Origin: Podarcis filfolensis
Lineage: Eukaryota
Strand: one strand, 5' to 3'
Assembly (NCBI GenBank): GCA_964270895.1
Contig: OZ185436.1
Length of the DNA stretch: 64,000 bases
Position 1 is the stretch's first letter, and every line of letters starts with the position of its first letter. Positions 12,301 to 23,937 of this stretch are shown piece after piece. Below the pieces are notes generated by a model that saw only the letters and a list, made by a program, of their open reading frames with translations, searched no databases and was not told where the DNA came from. Position numbers and translations under genes: made by a program.

Positions 12301-12625
12301 CTTAAATACCAGAGAACTAGCATACAGTACTGCTATTCTACAATTGGCATGGCTGCTTCCTGTGTTGCAAAAGAAGGTGCATATCTGTGTGTGCTTTTCA
12401 AGCTGCAGTTTTCTTTTTAACGTGGGAGGGGCAAACTTTGAGTGGGTAGGTGCTGCAGATAGGCTTTTTGACTAGGCTTCAGGATACCTGGCCTTTCAAA
12501 ACAAATTCGGGTTTGTTATGAGAATGAGCCTGTGTGAACCTCAGGGTTCCTCCCCCACCCAAGGTCTTAACCAGAGGTGGCAAGCCAAACGCATATGCTT
12601 TTGAACTAACCACGGATTCCCATTA

Positions 12626-12840
12626 CAGTGGTACCTCGGGTTACATACGCTTCAGGTTACAGACTCCGCTAACCCAGAAATAGTACCTCGGGTTAAGAAC
12701 TTTGCTTCAGGATGAGAACAGAAATCATGCTCCGGCAGCGGGAGGCCTCATTAGCTAAAGTGGTGCTTCAGGTTAAGAACAGTTTCAGGTTAATAACGGA
12801 CCTCCGGAACGAATTAAGTACTTAACCCGAGGTACCACTA
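12626..12840 (+). mobile_element. Tc1/mariner (Tigger-like) MITE, family B, copy 1
   Basis: TA|cagtggtacctcgggtta...taacccgaggtaccacta|TA; near-identical copies at 38679-38903 and 62117-62358. Confidence 0.85.
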
Positions 12841-13367
12841 TACACCCAAAGTTCGGGAACTTTAGGTAGTTAAAAGAAGCCAGGATATCAAACTGAGCAT
12901 GGAAGCTTTTGATCTCCTTTGTATGTAGGAAAGTGGGTGGGTGGGGCGCGCAGCGGGAGCAAGGAAGTCAGATGTGTGCAGGCTCATTCTTGTAATGACA
13001 AACCATAGTTACTTCTTGTTTCTGTAATAGGCCAATGTCTGTATTAAGTTTTTAAGAAGCTGAGGCTGCAGCCTGGTGGTGGTGAGATATGACTGCAATT
13101 CTGCCACCTCACCCAGGGCCCTGCTGGCCTCAAGCTGACAGTGTAGAAATGAGGGCAGAGGAACGATCATGTGTTCCATTGTATTTTCCCTGATTTAAAA
13201 ACCCCCCACATTTTTCATTCCATTCTTTCCAATGCCAATTTGAATGTTTGAGGAAATAAATTTAATGCAGTGGCTTAATTCTGTTTTTTATTGTGGCCTT
13301 AATGCCGTCAGACTCTGTTTTCTTTTTCCCTCCATGTATGAATTCTTAATCTGGTTTTTTTTAATAA

Positions 13368-13661
<294 letters not shown>

Positions 13662-15246
13662 TAAAAGTAGATCTTGGCTTGTGTGTATCTAAGCAGCAGG
13701 GCATCCCATATAAAAGCTTTTGCAGATGGTATATGTTTGCAGTAACATTGAAATGTCAGTATAACATCATGTATACTTTGCCCAAACTGCTTGTTTGCTA
13801 TGCAGTGTTTGTTAGCGCTAGGCTGGTCGGAATGTTGAGTCAGAGTTCTAGAGGACTGAAAAAAAATCTACATTGTTAACACTTGATACAGGGGTCAATT
13901 TGTCAACTAATTCCCTTGTGAAATCTGGGTTGTGTGTTCTTGGAGTTCCCACTGGTCTCCAAGGATCTGTGTCTTCTCAAGGGTTGGGCTGAGCGTTAGG
14001 AAAGCCGTAACCTGAGGATTGAAGGCAGGATAGGCTAACACTGCTTGTGAACTCTGCCTTCATTGTTTCTTAAGCCTGTCTGCCCAGATGGAAATAATTT
14101 TAATATGCTAGATGAAAGAAGTGCCTTGAACTTTAAAGTAATATGACATGCTAAAGTGGCAAGCGCAAGGTTCCTAACTGGTCTAGTAGCTGTAGTGCAT
14201 GCTCAGTGCTACCTTAGAGGCAGTTACCACTCACTGTGGCAAGTGTGGCACCACCCTCTAGTGAGCATGGTGGGCAATTAGCCTTCTGCCAAACTTTGAA
14301 GCTGCAGACGTGTCTCAGCAGTTGTATGGTGGTCCCAGCCCTCTCCCAGCACTGAAGTTGGTAAGGATGCTGGGAGTGGTTAGGCAGCCAAATCGGCAAG
14401 CCCACCCCCTTTTTTATTATGGGGCAGCAAAGGGGGACTACTGTTTGGCAATGCCAAGCATTGGGTGAAGTTGTAACACCTGTTTTTCTCACAGAAAAGG
14501 TTGGAGGCTTCATGGTTGATTTAGAAGCCTGCAGAAAGCTTTGGTTGTGCGGTGAGCCTCCTTCCACAAGGAGAAGCTGCTTACTGCATAAATGACCCTT
14601 CTGAAAGTGCAACGGGAACATGGTAGAAGGGCTGAGGCCAACAAGTGTATCTCCACTCTCTCCCTCACAGGATTATAGTGGTGGGGGGTGCTTGGAAAGG
14701 CTTCTGGGGCTGGCTTCTCAATTTAAGAGATAAATAGAGCCATTAGAAGGTTACACATGTTTGTTTCTTGTAAGTCAACTGCTTTGGAAGCACTGGGGAA
14801 GAAGATACAATGACATGTGCTATAATTTGTACTAAATTAGATAAAATGGCCTGTTTATCACAATGCAGATCCCTCACCAGTCTGCAGGAGGTTCCCACCT
14901 GGCAAGCAGCTTCCATGTGCGTATATTCTTTCTTGGGCCAGAATGTATTTGGCAATTAATTTTGGTAGTTGGCAGTGAGTGAGGGGGGTCTTGAGAATAT
15001 GGGAAGCTTCCTTAAACCAAGCCAGGCCAGTGGGCCATCTAACCATAGCCCTTCCGATTGTCGGACAGAAGTCTTTCCCAGCCCTCCATGGTATCACTTA
15101 TGAGTGATGTCCCCTTCCCCCTTGAAACCACATGCAGCTGCCCTCCATATTTCCATGAGAACAGTGAATAGTTTACATTAAAACTATTTTCAGCATAGAT
15201 ACTGCCTCTCTAAACTTCTAAGATTTGCTTGTTTGCCTATTCTTAG

Positions 15247-15420
<174 letters not shown>

Positions 15421-15579
15421 TAAACTTGTGTGTGTGTTTGAATAAAGCAAGAGACAGAGAGAACATGTTGGTTCAAATAGTGAAAAATAATGGGGAAACT
15501 AATCTCTTAAACTGCAGGCAAGAGAATATTTTTATTACTTTATTTTATTACCTTTTTATTCCATAGAAGTCAAGATTAG

Positions 15580-15698
15580 AGCACATGGTTCACTTCACAC
15601 CTCATAATTTATCCTTGCAAACAACCCTGTGAAGTAGGCTAGGCTAAAAGAGAGTGACTGGTCCAAGTGAACTCAGTGAGTTCCATGACTGAATTACG

Positions 15699-15700
<2 letters not shown>
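15580..15700 (-). mobile_element. Old MIR/Squam3-like SINE fragment
   Basis: acaaccctgtgaagtaggctaggctaaaagagagtgactggtccaag core similar to younger SINE copy at 29378-29634. Confidence 0.5.

Positions 15701-15701
<1 letters not shown>

Positions 15702-15742
<41 letters not shown>
15702..15742. repeat. (AG)n microsatellite
   Basis: About 20 uninterrupted AG units. Confidence 0.95.
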
Positions 15743-15746
<4 letters not shown>

Positions 15747-15841
15747 AATATTCTAGAGAAAGAGACACACACATAGGCTTGCAGACATGCCTACATGTGC
15801 CTATGCATGCACAAAGACAGGTATAACTATAGGTATGTATT

Positions 15842-16209
15842 AACTTAACCCAACAACACCCTCCTCACACACAGAAACAGATCCCACTGCAGCCAACCAA
15901 AGGCGAACAACCGCACCCTAGGCCACCCCAACCTCTCCCACCATCAAGGAAACATAACAAGCGAATAGAAAGAGAACCTCCTCAAGTGACACTGACACAA
16001 AAACCCTACGCATACACTAAGTAAAAGAATATAGGCTTTACCACCCCACCCCTCTCTCCCGCCCCTCTTCTTTTCTTCTCAACCCTATACTGCATATAAC
16101 ACCAATGTTTCACGACAAAAGTAACTGAACAAAAGTAACAACCTGAAGAAAAATACAAAGCATGTGCTTTTGTAAACGAGGAAAATCTTTAATAATTAAA
16201 AACAAAAAC
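15842..16209 (+). mobile_element. 5'-truncated non-LTR retroelement 3' end with 15-bp target-site duplication
   Basis: ctataggtatgtatt at 15827-15841 and 16210-16224; insert ends in A-rich tail taataattaaaaacaaaaac. Confidence 0.75.
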
Positions 16210-17229
16210 CTATAGGTATGTATTTATTGAATATATGTCCTGCTTATTGGATGGACTTCACAAAGTAGTTTACATAAAATTATTTTTTAAAATAAGTGTC
16301 GATAGAAATTATATGATGAAAGAGGAAGGACAAACAACTGTCATTGCAGAGGCTGCCTCTTTTTCTTCTCCATTCCTCTTGATTCTTCAGACGTCCCTCA
16401 AGTGGGGAGTGGGGAGAGAGGTCTCCATGGGGAGCTAGAGGCTGGCAGCTTCCTAACCCGTTTCTGCTGCTTTCTCTCCTCCCCTCGGGGCAAGATGGAC
16501 ACATTATACAGCTGTGTCTATATAACATTATATATGATTTAATATATACAAGAGAAGGGTAATAAAATACATAAACAACAAGACAGATACAAATTTTACC
16601 CTTCTCTTATGTATATATCTGCATTTATGAGAGAGAGGCAGACTTGGAGGGTGGCGGGGAGAGAGGCGTATTATGTTTAATCGTTCTCACACACATACAT
16701 AAATATATATATATATAAATTATAGAAAGAAAGACAGATTTATATCTCTGTTTATCTGTTTCCTGAGAGACACTAAAATTCTCAATTTTATGTTTCTTGG
16801 TATTTCCTGCTTCTGATAAGACCAAAATGTTTCATTAGTGGGAGATAATGAAGCAGTTTTCCAGATAACCATGTTCACTTTTCTTTACTGTTTTTCAGTA
16901 ATGCTGAGATACTATAATTTGATTTTTTTAAGAATGTATTTTAAAACTGGGTATTTGTGTTGTAGCGTTGTCACTCCCAAACTATTGCCAGGAACCTGTG
17001 GGTATCCCTGCACATAGGTTTGTGCTTTGGGTGTGTAATGTGAGCCACTCACGCTTTTCACAAGGCAGAAAATAAACGCTGTCCTGTCTGCTCTCTATTT
17101 TATAAACAGGAAATGGTCACAGGGAAGTGGGTGGGGCTGGCAAGAGCTTTCACGAAATTTGCACTTGTAGCCTTGTCTAGACCTAGGAAGTTGTCAGTAC
17201 TGTAATTAAGATAGTCTTGCACAGAAATT

Positions 17230-17578
17230 GGACGCGGGTGGCGCTGTGGGTAAAACCTCAGCGCCTAGGATTTGCCGATCGCATGGTCAGCGGTTCGAAT
17301 CCCCGCGGCGGGGTGCACTCCCGTCGTTCGGTCCCAGCGCCTGCCAACCTAGCAGTTCGAAAGCACCTCAAAGTGCAAGTAGATAAATAGGGACCGCTTA
17401 CTAGCGGGAAGGTAAACGGCGTTTCTGTGTGCTGCGCTGGTGCTGGCTCGCCAGAGCAGCTTCGTCACGCTGGCCACGTGACCCAGAAGTGTCTGCGGAC
17501 AGCGCTGGCTCCCAGCCTATAGAGTGAGATGAGCGCACAACCCTAGAGTCTGGCAAGATTGGCCCGGGGCAGGGGTAC
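17230..17578 (+). mobile_element. Sauria SINE, near full length, young
   Basis: ggacgcgggtggcgctgtggg head, B-box ggttcgaatcc, many intact CpGs; flanked by direct repeat tgcacagaaatt(ggac) at 17218 and 17579. Confidence 0.9.
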
Positions 17579-17642
17579 TGCACAGAAATTGGACAGGCCG
17601 TTATAATTTCCTCTCCCCCCCCCCTTTCCCTCTTTACTTTAG

Positions 17643-17783
17643 ATATTGTCTTCCATTGAACTGCTGCAGCATTCTTTACCCAAAATCAACCGAAGTGCTT
17701 CAGAACCTTCTCTGCATCGTGCAACTCACACCCAGGACATCAATTCGTGCACGTTGACTTCGACAAAGCTACCTGTGTTTTAG
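17643..17783 (+). CDS. RAF1: RAF1 last coding exon (human exon 17 equivalent), 14-3-3 site RSASEP, stop TAG
   Basis: ctttag|ATA...TTTTAG; [46 protein letters not shown]. Confidence 0.98.
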   Translation: MLSSIELLQHSLPKINRSASEPSLHRATHTQDINSCTLTSTKLPVF

Positions 17784-18764
17784 GAGATTGTTGCGCGCTG
17801 CCCACTGCTCTCCAGTAACAGTTCTAGCAGTTGTGCTTTTGAATGCCTCAGTCTACAGGATTGCAGAGCCAGCAATGGGATTCAGCTGGATGCCAGTTTT
17901 GAGAATGAGCTGCTATGAATTTCTACCGTTCTAATCCTACAGGGACAAAAAACTCCACGTTGCCTTTTTCTATAGGTTATCATATTGAAATAGTTAAGAG
18001 ACAGTATACAAGAGGTCCTATTACTATTTTTTATAGATGCACTTGAGCCTTACTTTATCCCATATGCAAAAAAAAGGAAAAAGGAAAAAAAAAGTGAAAA
18101 CAGGTTTCTTTGAAATTGCATTATGCTGAATAGACTGGTATTTTTCTATAGCAAAATAATAGCTTAGCATTTGAGGAAAGTCAATGCAGATGGTGCTGTT
18201 CTTCTGATATTCTAAGACTTTGTGCCATTCAGGCTGGAGGAGTTTTAACTAAAATGATCATCCACAAAGAAGACTTAAGGGAAGAGGGGAATTCAAGCTC
18301 TGGAAAGTTTCCACTTCTAAGCATTTCTCAAGATCATGAAACGTTAAACACCAATATTAAGTCAACACAAAACAGTTTTGCACATGTGGAAAATACTAAT
18401 TTTGAGGCAAGGAATATATTATAACTAGTACTGTCCAGAGAAGGAAGCTAGCACAATCTTCCTACAATCATCTAACAGTAACATAAGAAGCTTGTTGGGT
18501 ACTTCGGACTTGTTTCTTGCGGCACTCTGAGGGTCCTGTGAGAAACTATAGTTTTTTGGGAGGAGCAGAGGCAAAATAAGTAATTCTGTTAGTAAATTTC
18601 TGCAAAATAAAGTCTGTTTTGAAACTTTTTTTCCTGAGATGCACTATAAAGAAACTTGGCATATACAGGTTTTCCCTTGCTGATTTGGGTTTTAACTTTG
18701 TTTTCATTGCCCCTCAGAGAAAAGCATTTATTGTAAACACAGGTTCTTCTGATTATCTTATTTT

Positions 18765-18780
18765 AATAAAATAAATTAAA
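18765..18780 (+). terminator. RAF1 polyadenylation signal cluster
   Basis: AATAAA 18765-70, AATAAA 18770-75, ATTAAA 18775-80, about 1 kb after stop; GU/U-rich sequence follows. Confidence 0.75.
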
Positions 18781-20760
18781 TTTAAGTTTGTCATTCAGTC
18801 GGTTTTTTAACCGATGTTCCACATTTGATGTGTGTGCACCATGTTCTTAAATGTGTGTATTATGTAGCCGTGATGCCCTGTCTGCAATATCTAGTACACT
18901 GTGTGCATAAAAGCAAAGAAAATACTGTCGTGATTCCCCTCTAAAATACCATTTTGGAAAGAACTGTAGAGCTATTAACTGTGTATTTCCTCGCACCGTT
19001 ATATTCTCTGAAGAATGTGCTTTGTAGCTCCAGCAGCCTTTTGAGGGATCTTTAGATGTGATGCAGTTTTCAAGAACAAGTTTATCACTTTCAGGCACAG
19101 CAAAGTGTCCCTTAGAGATGTAGGTAAGCTGTTTTTTGACTCACAGACCCATATTTCCCATATTGAACCATCATCACTGTAAGTGTAGGTGTGCATCTTC
19201 AGTTGTGGGTTGCTCTCAGATAAATACATTTAGTTCACCACACATCCAGCAAATCCTTACTATCTAGTTCCACATGGATTTTGCTACATAGTGATGGAAA
19301 GACTCACTTTACACAGAAAGAAGAAATCATGCAAATTCATCCTCTGCCTCTTGTCCACAGGCCTGGAATTGAAGTTACAGAGTTCACTAAAGAGCCAGGC
19401 TAGATATGATATTAAATGCTTGTAGCATCAGCTGGGTGAACACTTGATAATTATTGGGATTGTGAAGGGGAATTTGACCCTTCCCCTGAAGCTAGCATTT
19501 CCGGGGGGGCGGGGCGGGGCGGGGCGGGAATCTATACTGGCTGTGTTACTATAAAATCTATAGACATGTAGTTTGGCCCTCAGGTGACTCTTAGAGGTCG
19601 TTCGTTGAGGTGGCATAGTCAAATCTGCAGATTCTTTGGAACAGGATTTAATATTTTTTAAAGGTGAATTGACAATCCTGTGTGTAATAAGTGAGGGTGT
19701 TAGATCTCTGGTTGACTGATCTTACACAGTATCATGTTAGGCAACTCATGAGGAAGTTGTATACAAGTTGTATGCAGTAGGCTTTATTTCTTTTTAAGGC
19801 ATAAAGGATGTCAGTTACTCAGGAAGTAGTGACGAATGAAAACTGCTCAGGGATTAAGAGTGAGAGGTAACTTTCTGATTGATAATCCACGCAAAGGTAA
19901 GGAACGTCATTTCCCTGGGTTGCGTTGCATCACCGCTAACATAATTTCAGTTGTGACTTTCAGCTTGCACTCTCCTTAATAGTATTAAGTTCGGTATGCA
20001 AAGACTGGCTTCCATTTTGTAGCTGTCCTTGTTCCAGTGTTCCTTTGCTGTTCATAAACACTTGCTGTCACTTTCCATGTGCTGCTTACAAGCCTCTGCC
20101 GTTTGTAGTGCCTGCTGAGCTGTTCAGTTCTTCTGATCAGCTGCAGCTGAAATGACACCCAGGAACTGAAAAGCACCCCTGCTTTCCAAGGAACTCCCAC
20201 CCTTTCTGTAATTCATATTTTCTGCTGCATATTCAAAAATGTCCCCTACAATGAATGTATTCAGGTGCCACAATAGCTGTACTGCAGTGGCTTTGAATGC
20301 TTGGCACTTTTGTATTCACTATCATAATGCAAATATTGGGTGAGTTACATTTATTTCTGGAGTTAAGCTAATGCATTTTGTGTGCTTTTAGGGTTTCAGG
20401 AGTAAACAATGGAGAGGATAAGTGTGTGCACAGTGTCCAAATCCTAAACAGGGTTAGATGTACTTAAGCCTGTTGATTTTCAAATTCTTTTATTCCTTGC
20501 TGCTGGCACTTGTTCTTGCCCAGTATTGTAACGAACATGCATTATACAGTTATAAGACTTACACAGTTTGAAGTCTGGATTTGTTGGTGTTTTACATTAG
20601 CATTACAGCATCAGAAAAGTGTACCCGGTAAAGTGCATTTTCTGATCAAACTTCATACGTTAAGTGAACAATGACTGAAGTATAGTGCATGAAAAGCAAG
20701 CTTTTGTCAGTATGTATTTTCTGCCTTCTCCTGGTACCTTGGGCTCGATCCTTATTTATG

Positions 20761-20851
20761 GGGCAATCATAACCATGTCTACTCATTAGTATATCCTGTT
20801 GACCTCAGTGGAACTTACTCCCAGGTAAGTGGGTTTAGAGTTGCAGCCTTA
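20761..20851. mobile_element. Short palindromic squamate MITE-like element
   Basis: gggcaatc...catgtctactc...gaacttactcccaggtaagtggg...gttgcagcc layout; related degenerate copies at 34590-35140. Confidence 0.5.
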
Positions 20852-22394
20852 GTCATTCTTAGAGTAGATGCATCATGACTGTCTGGATCCAACCCAGCTT
20901 TTGAACTGTACAGTCCATATTGTGGGTTGAGTTGTGGCATTCTGGAATGACTTCTTCTGGGTTTCTTTGGAGATCTCCACATGGATTCGTTTGATTTACA
21001 GTCTGGACTACATTCTGGGCACAACTGCTTTAACTTTAGCCCCATTCTTTAGTGGCTAAACAATAATGGGCTAAAGCTGAAGTGCAGTTAGCATGCAATG
21101 TGAGCACAGCATGGTATGCCAGGTGCAATAGTTGACCCATGAAACTTCCATTACACATTTGATGTAAAGTGTACTGAGATACTGTGTAAAACTGCTTTCA
21201 ACACTAGTATAAAAGTACACAGTTTAAGCAAAGAGTTAGTGTGCTTCCACATGATTACATGAGTGCCTTAACTTCGGCATCCTTTAAGGAGGAAACACGT
21301 TCTCTACCCATAAGATGGTGTATTGGATTTAGATCCTTTCTCTAAGGATGGGGAGATAAGGAAAGCATTGGTTTGTGCCCCTTAGCAAATACTGAGTTAT
21401 CTTCATTTAAATATATAATGTAGAAGCAAAAACTGAAAATGCAGTTCCTTCAGGTTCTGGAAGTTGGGAGGTGTAATTTGAGAATTTGAAGAGTTAGCAG
21501 AAGCAGACTGGGCAAAGCCTCCTTCATCTTCTCTGAAACCCTACTGGCTCCTGTCCAAGCTAAAATTACTGCCTGCTTTAAGCTTTTAGTTTCTCCTCTC
21601 CAGTGCAAGTCATAGGCATGCCACTCAAAAAAAGATACTTAAAGCAACAGTCTGGCATGTTTCCAGTTTTAGAAATGCGACCTGAAATTTAAACCCACCC
21701 ATGTTCTACATAAATGTAAGTGGAAGAGTAATTCATTCTGCAAATGCACTGCACCTTAAAACACTGCAGCGTGGTCTGGTTTAGCTAGAAATGAATGCTA
21801 TTTTTATAGCAATTATGGGATTCATTTTGCCTCGTTTGCTGGTAAAGTAACTTTCTTTAAAGCTGTTCCCAACCTTGTTAGGGAGCAATGCCAATACATT
21901 TTACACTGTAGGAATAACATTTTCCATAGTAACAAGCCAGATTAGTCTTGTTGACCCACTGCTGCATGTGGATGGTGGGAGTCCTGGTGTAGCTCTGGGT
22001 GGCCTTATCGAAATCTCCTCTCCTGTTATCTCCTACTCCTTGTCCAATAAAATAAGGCTAGTCTAGGTGCAGCTGACATTTAGTAACATTAAATTCATGC
22101 ATTTATTCAGTTTTAATATAGTGGTACTTAACAATTAGCTGTGTAATAAATTATAACTAGAGTAGATGGATCTGGCCTCCCAAGAAGCAATTTTTTTGGG
22201 GGGGGGACCACACAGCCACAAATTGCTGCAGTTCTTGCCACTCTCCAAGAGGTAAACTGCTGTTAACATTTTTTTCTCCCTCCCCCCAAAATGTCACTTC
22301 TGTAGATGCTGACCAAGCACTGCTTAATAGTCCCTTCCTGGAAAGGTGCTCAATTATGTGGTTGCCAATTTCGTTTGCAGACCTGTTTTATCGT

Positions 22395-23000
22395 ATTACC
22401 TTGATGGATGATCTGTGCAAGGAGGAGGTGCCCCTGCTCATTCTGGACCTTGCAGTGGCCTCTGATGGCATGTAATGAACCACCCCGAGATCTATGGGTA
22501 TAGAGCAGTATACAGATTTAATAAATAATAAAAATAAAAATCAACTGTGATATCCTTCAAGACAAGCTCTCTAGCTTGAAGGCGGTGTTTCAGTAGTTGT
22601 GCTTGTCTTGGACAGCTGCTCTCAGAAGACAGGGCAAGGGCTTTTACTGCTTGGCCCATCATGCCATTTATCCTATGTGGTCCTGCAGGGCCCCCCTGTA
22701 TCCTTTCAGTATCTTCATGATGCCTCTTGAGTGAGCTGTGAACTCTTCTGCACAGTATTGACCTAGTTATACCCTTTCGAAGATCACTTGGAAATGGCAG
22801 ATAGTTAAAAATGTGGGTTCCGACTGTTTTGGTAATAGAAACATGTCTTCCAGGTGCATTGGTTTATTTCCAGGCACTATTCAAAGTATTAGTGCTCATC
22901 TTCCAAAGTCCTGGTGGACGCATTGGGCACCTAAAGGGATCACCTTCATATGGAAAAAGGTGGGCTACATTACTGAGTTTTCCAGCAGAGACTGGGTATG
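22395..23000 (+). mobile_element. Degraded L2 LINE fragments
   Basis: LMDDLC...LLILDL RT-like piece and L2-type tail at 22470-22540 (also seen inverted at 55050-55120); FQALFKVLVLIF C-terminal piece near 22865-22905. Confidence 0.5.
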
Positions 23001-23607
23001 GATTTCAATAGAATATAGTCTAAGAGACGTACAGTGGCTTGAGTAGTATAGAAATCCCATAAGTGATATTTCTGTACCAAAGAGATGTTGCCTGCTCCAT
23101 CTGCATGTAACTGCTGGCTTATTCTGATTGGACTTCCATTATTAGGAATAAAAGGAGTACAGTCAAAACAACGGTAGCATAGATGGGTGTGTTACTTTGT
23201 TAAAATATCTATATTGCTTATGAAATGGAGCCTTGTACTATTGCTCATAACCAAATTTTAAAGAACATTAATGCATTAAAAAACAAGATGCATTTAGTGT
23301 TTAAAATTTGATCAACTGTACTGCTTTAAGACTTGACTAGTCCTAAATAATTTTCCTAACTTTTTTCTTGTAAAAAACCCCAACAACCTTTAACAACATT
23401 AAGCTATACTGGGGTATGCTGGTTTGAGTCAGGCAGAATGTTACATGATGATGCTTGATGTTCACATCTGCCTGCCCCTAGCTTTACTTACGATTTGTTT
23501 CCTGAAAAATCACCTCTCAAAATCTGGAAGTTTTCTTTGGGGAACACACTGGTGTTCTGATTTCAGAAAAACAGAAGTAGTTCTACTTATGACTATACAC
23601 TGACATT

Positions 23608-23631
23608 TTTATTTAAAGCAATCATTTTATT
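23608..23631 (-). terminator. MKRN2 proximal polyadenylation signals
   Basis: Two minus-strand AATAAA (tttatt at 23608-13 and 23626-31), 165-185 nt after stop. Confidence 0.5.
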
Positions 23632-23793
23632 AAGCTTCAATTGTTCTGCTCTACAGTGTCAGGCTTATACTAGAATTTCACCAGGACTTCAGTCTCCATG
23701 GCACAGTAATTCTAAAGTGGTAAACAGTACAAAGTTATTTAAGGAACAGAAAGACTGATACAGAAGAGTACATGGTAGAGATCTTGCGGTGGT

Positions 23794-23937
23794 TTAGGGA
23801 GGAGCAGCAGGTTCAGCATCTGCTCCGGAAAGATGCATAAAAAGCTCTCCCATCTCTGTTACATCATTGTCAGCAGCTGGCAGTGTTCTGTTTTCTCGAT
23901 CTTCAATAAAATCCCAGAGGCGAACAGAATTAAGGAA
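23794..23937 (-). CDS. MKRN2: MKRN2 exon 8 (last), stop TAA
   Basis: ttctag|TTC...; [47 protein letters not shown]. Confidence 0.95.
   Translation of the reverse strand, partial: FLNSVRLWDFIEDRENRTLPAADNDVTEMGELFMHLSGADAEPAAPP

Noticed and set aside
14214-14621. 135-aa minus-strand ORF in a RAF1 intron
   Set aside because: No recognisable domain, no clear splice or Kozak context; length is compatible with chance in 64 kb.
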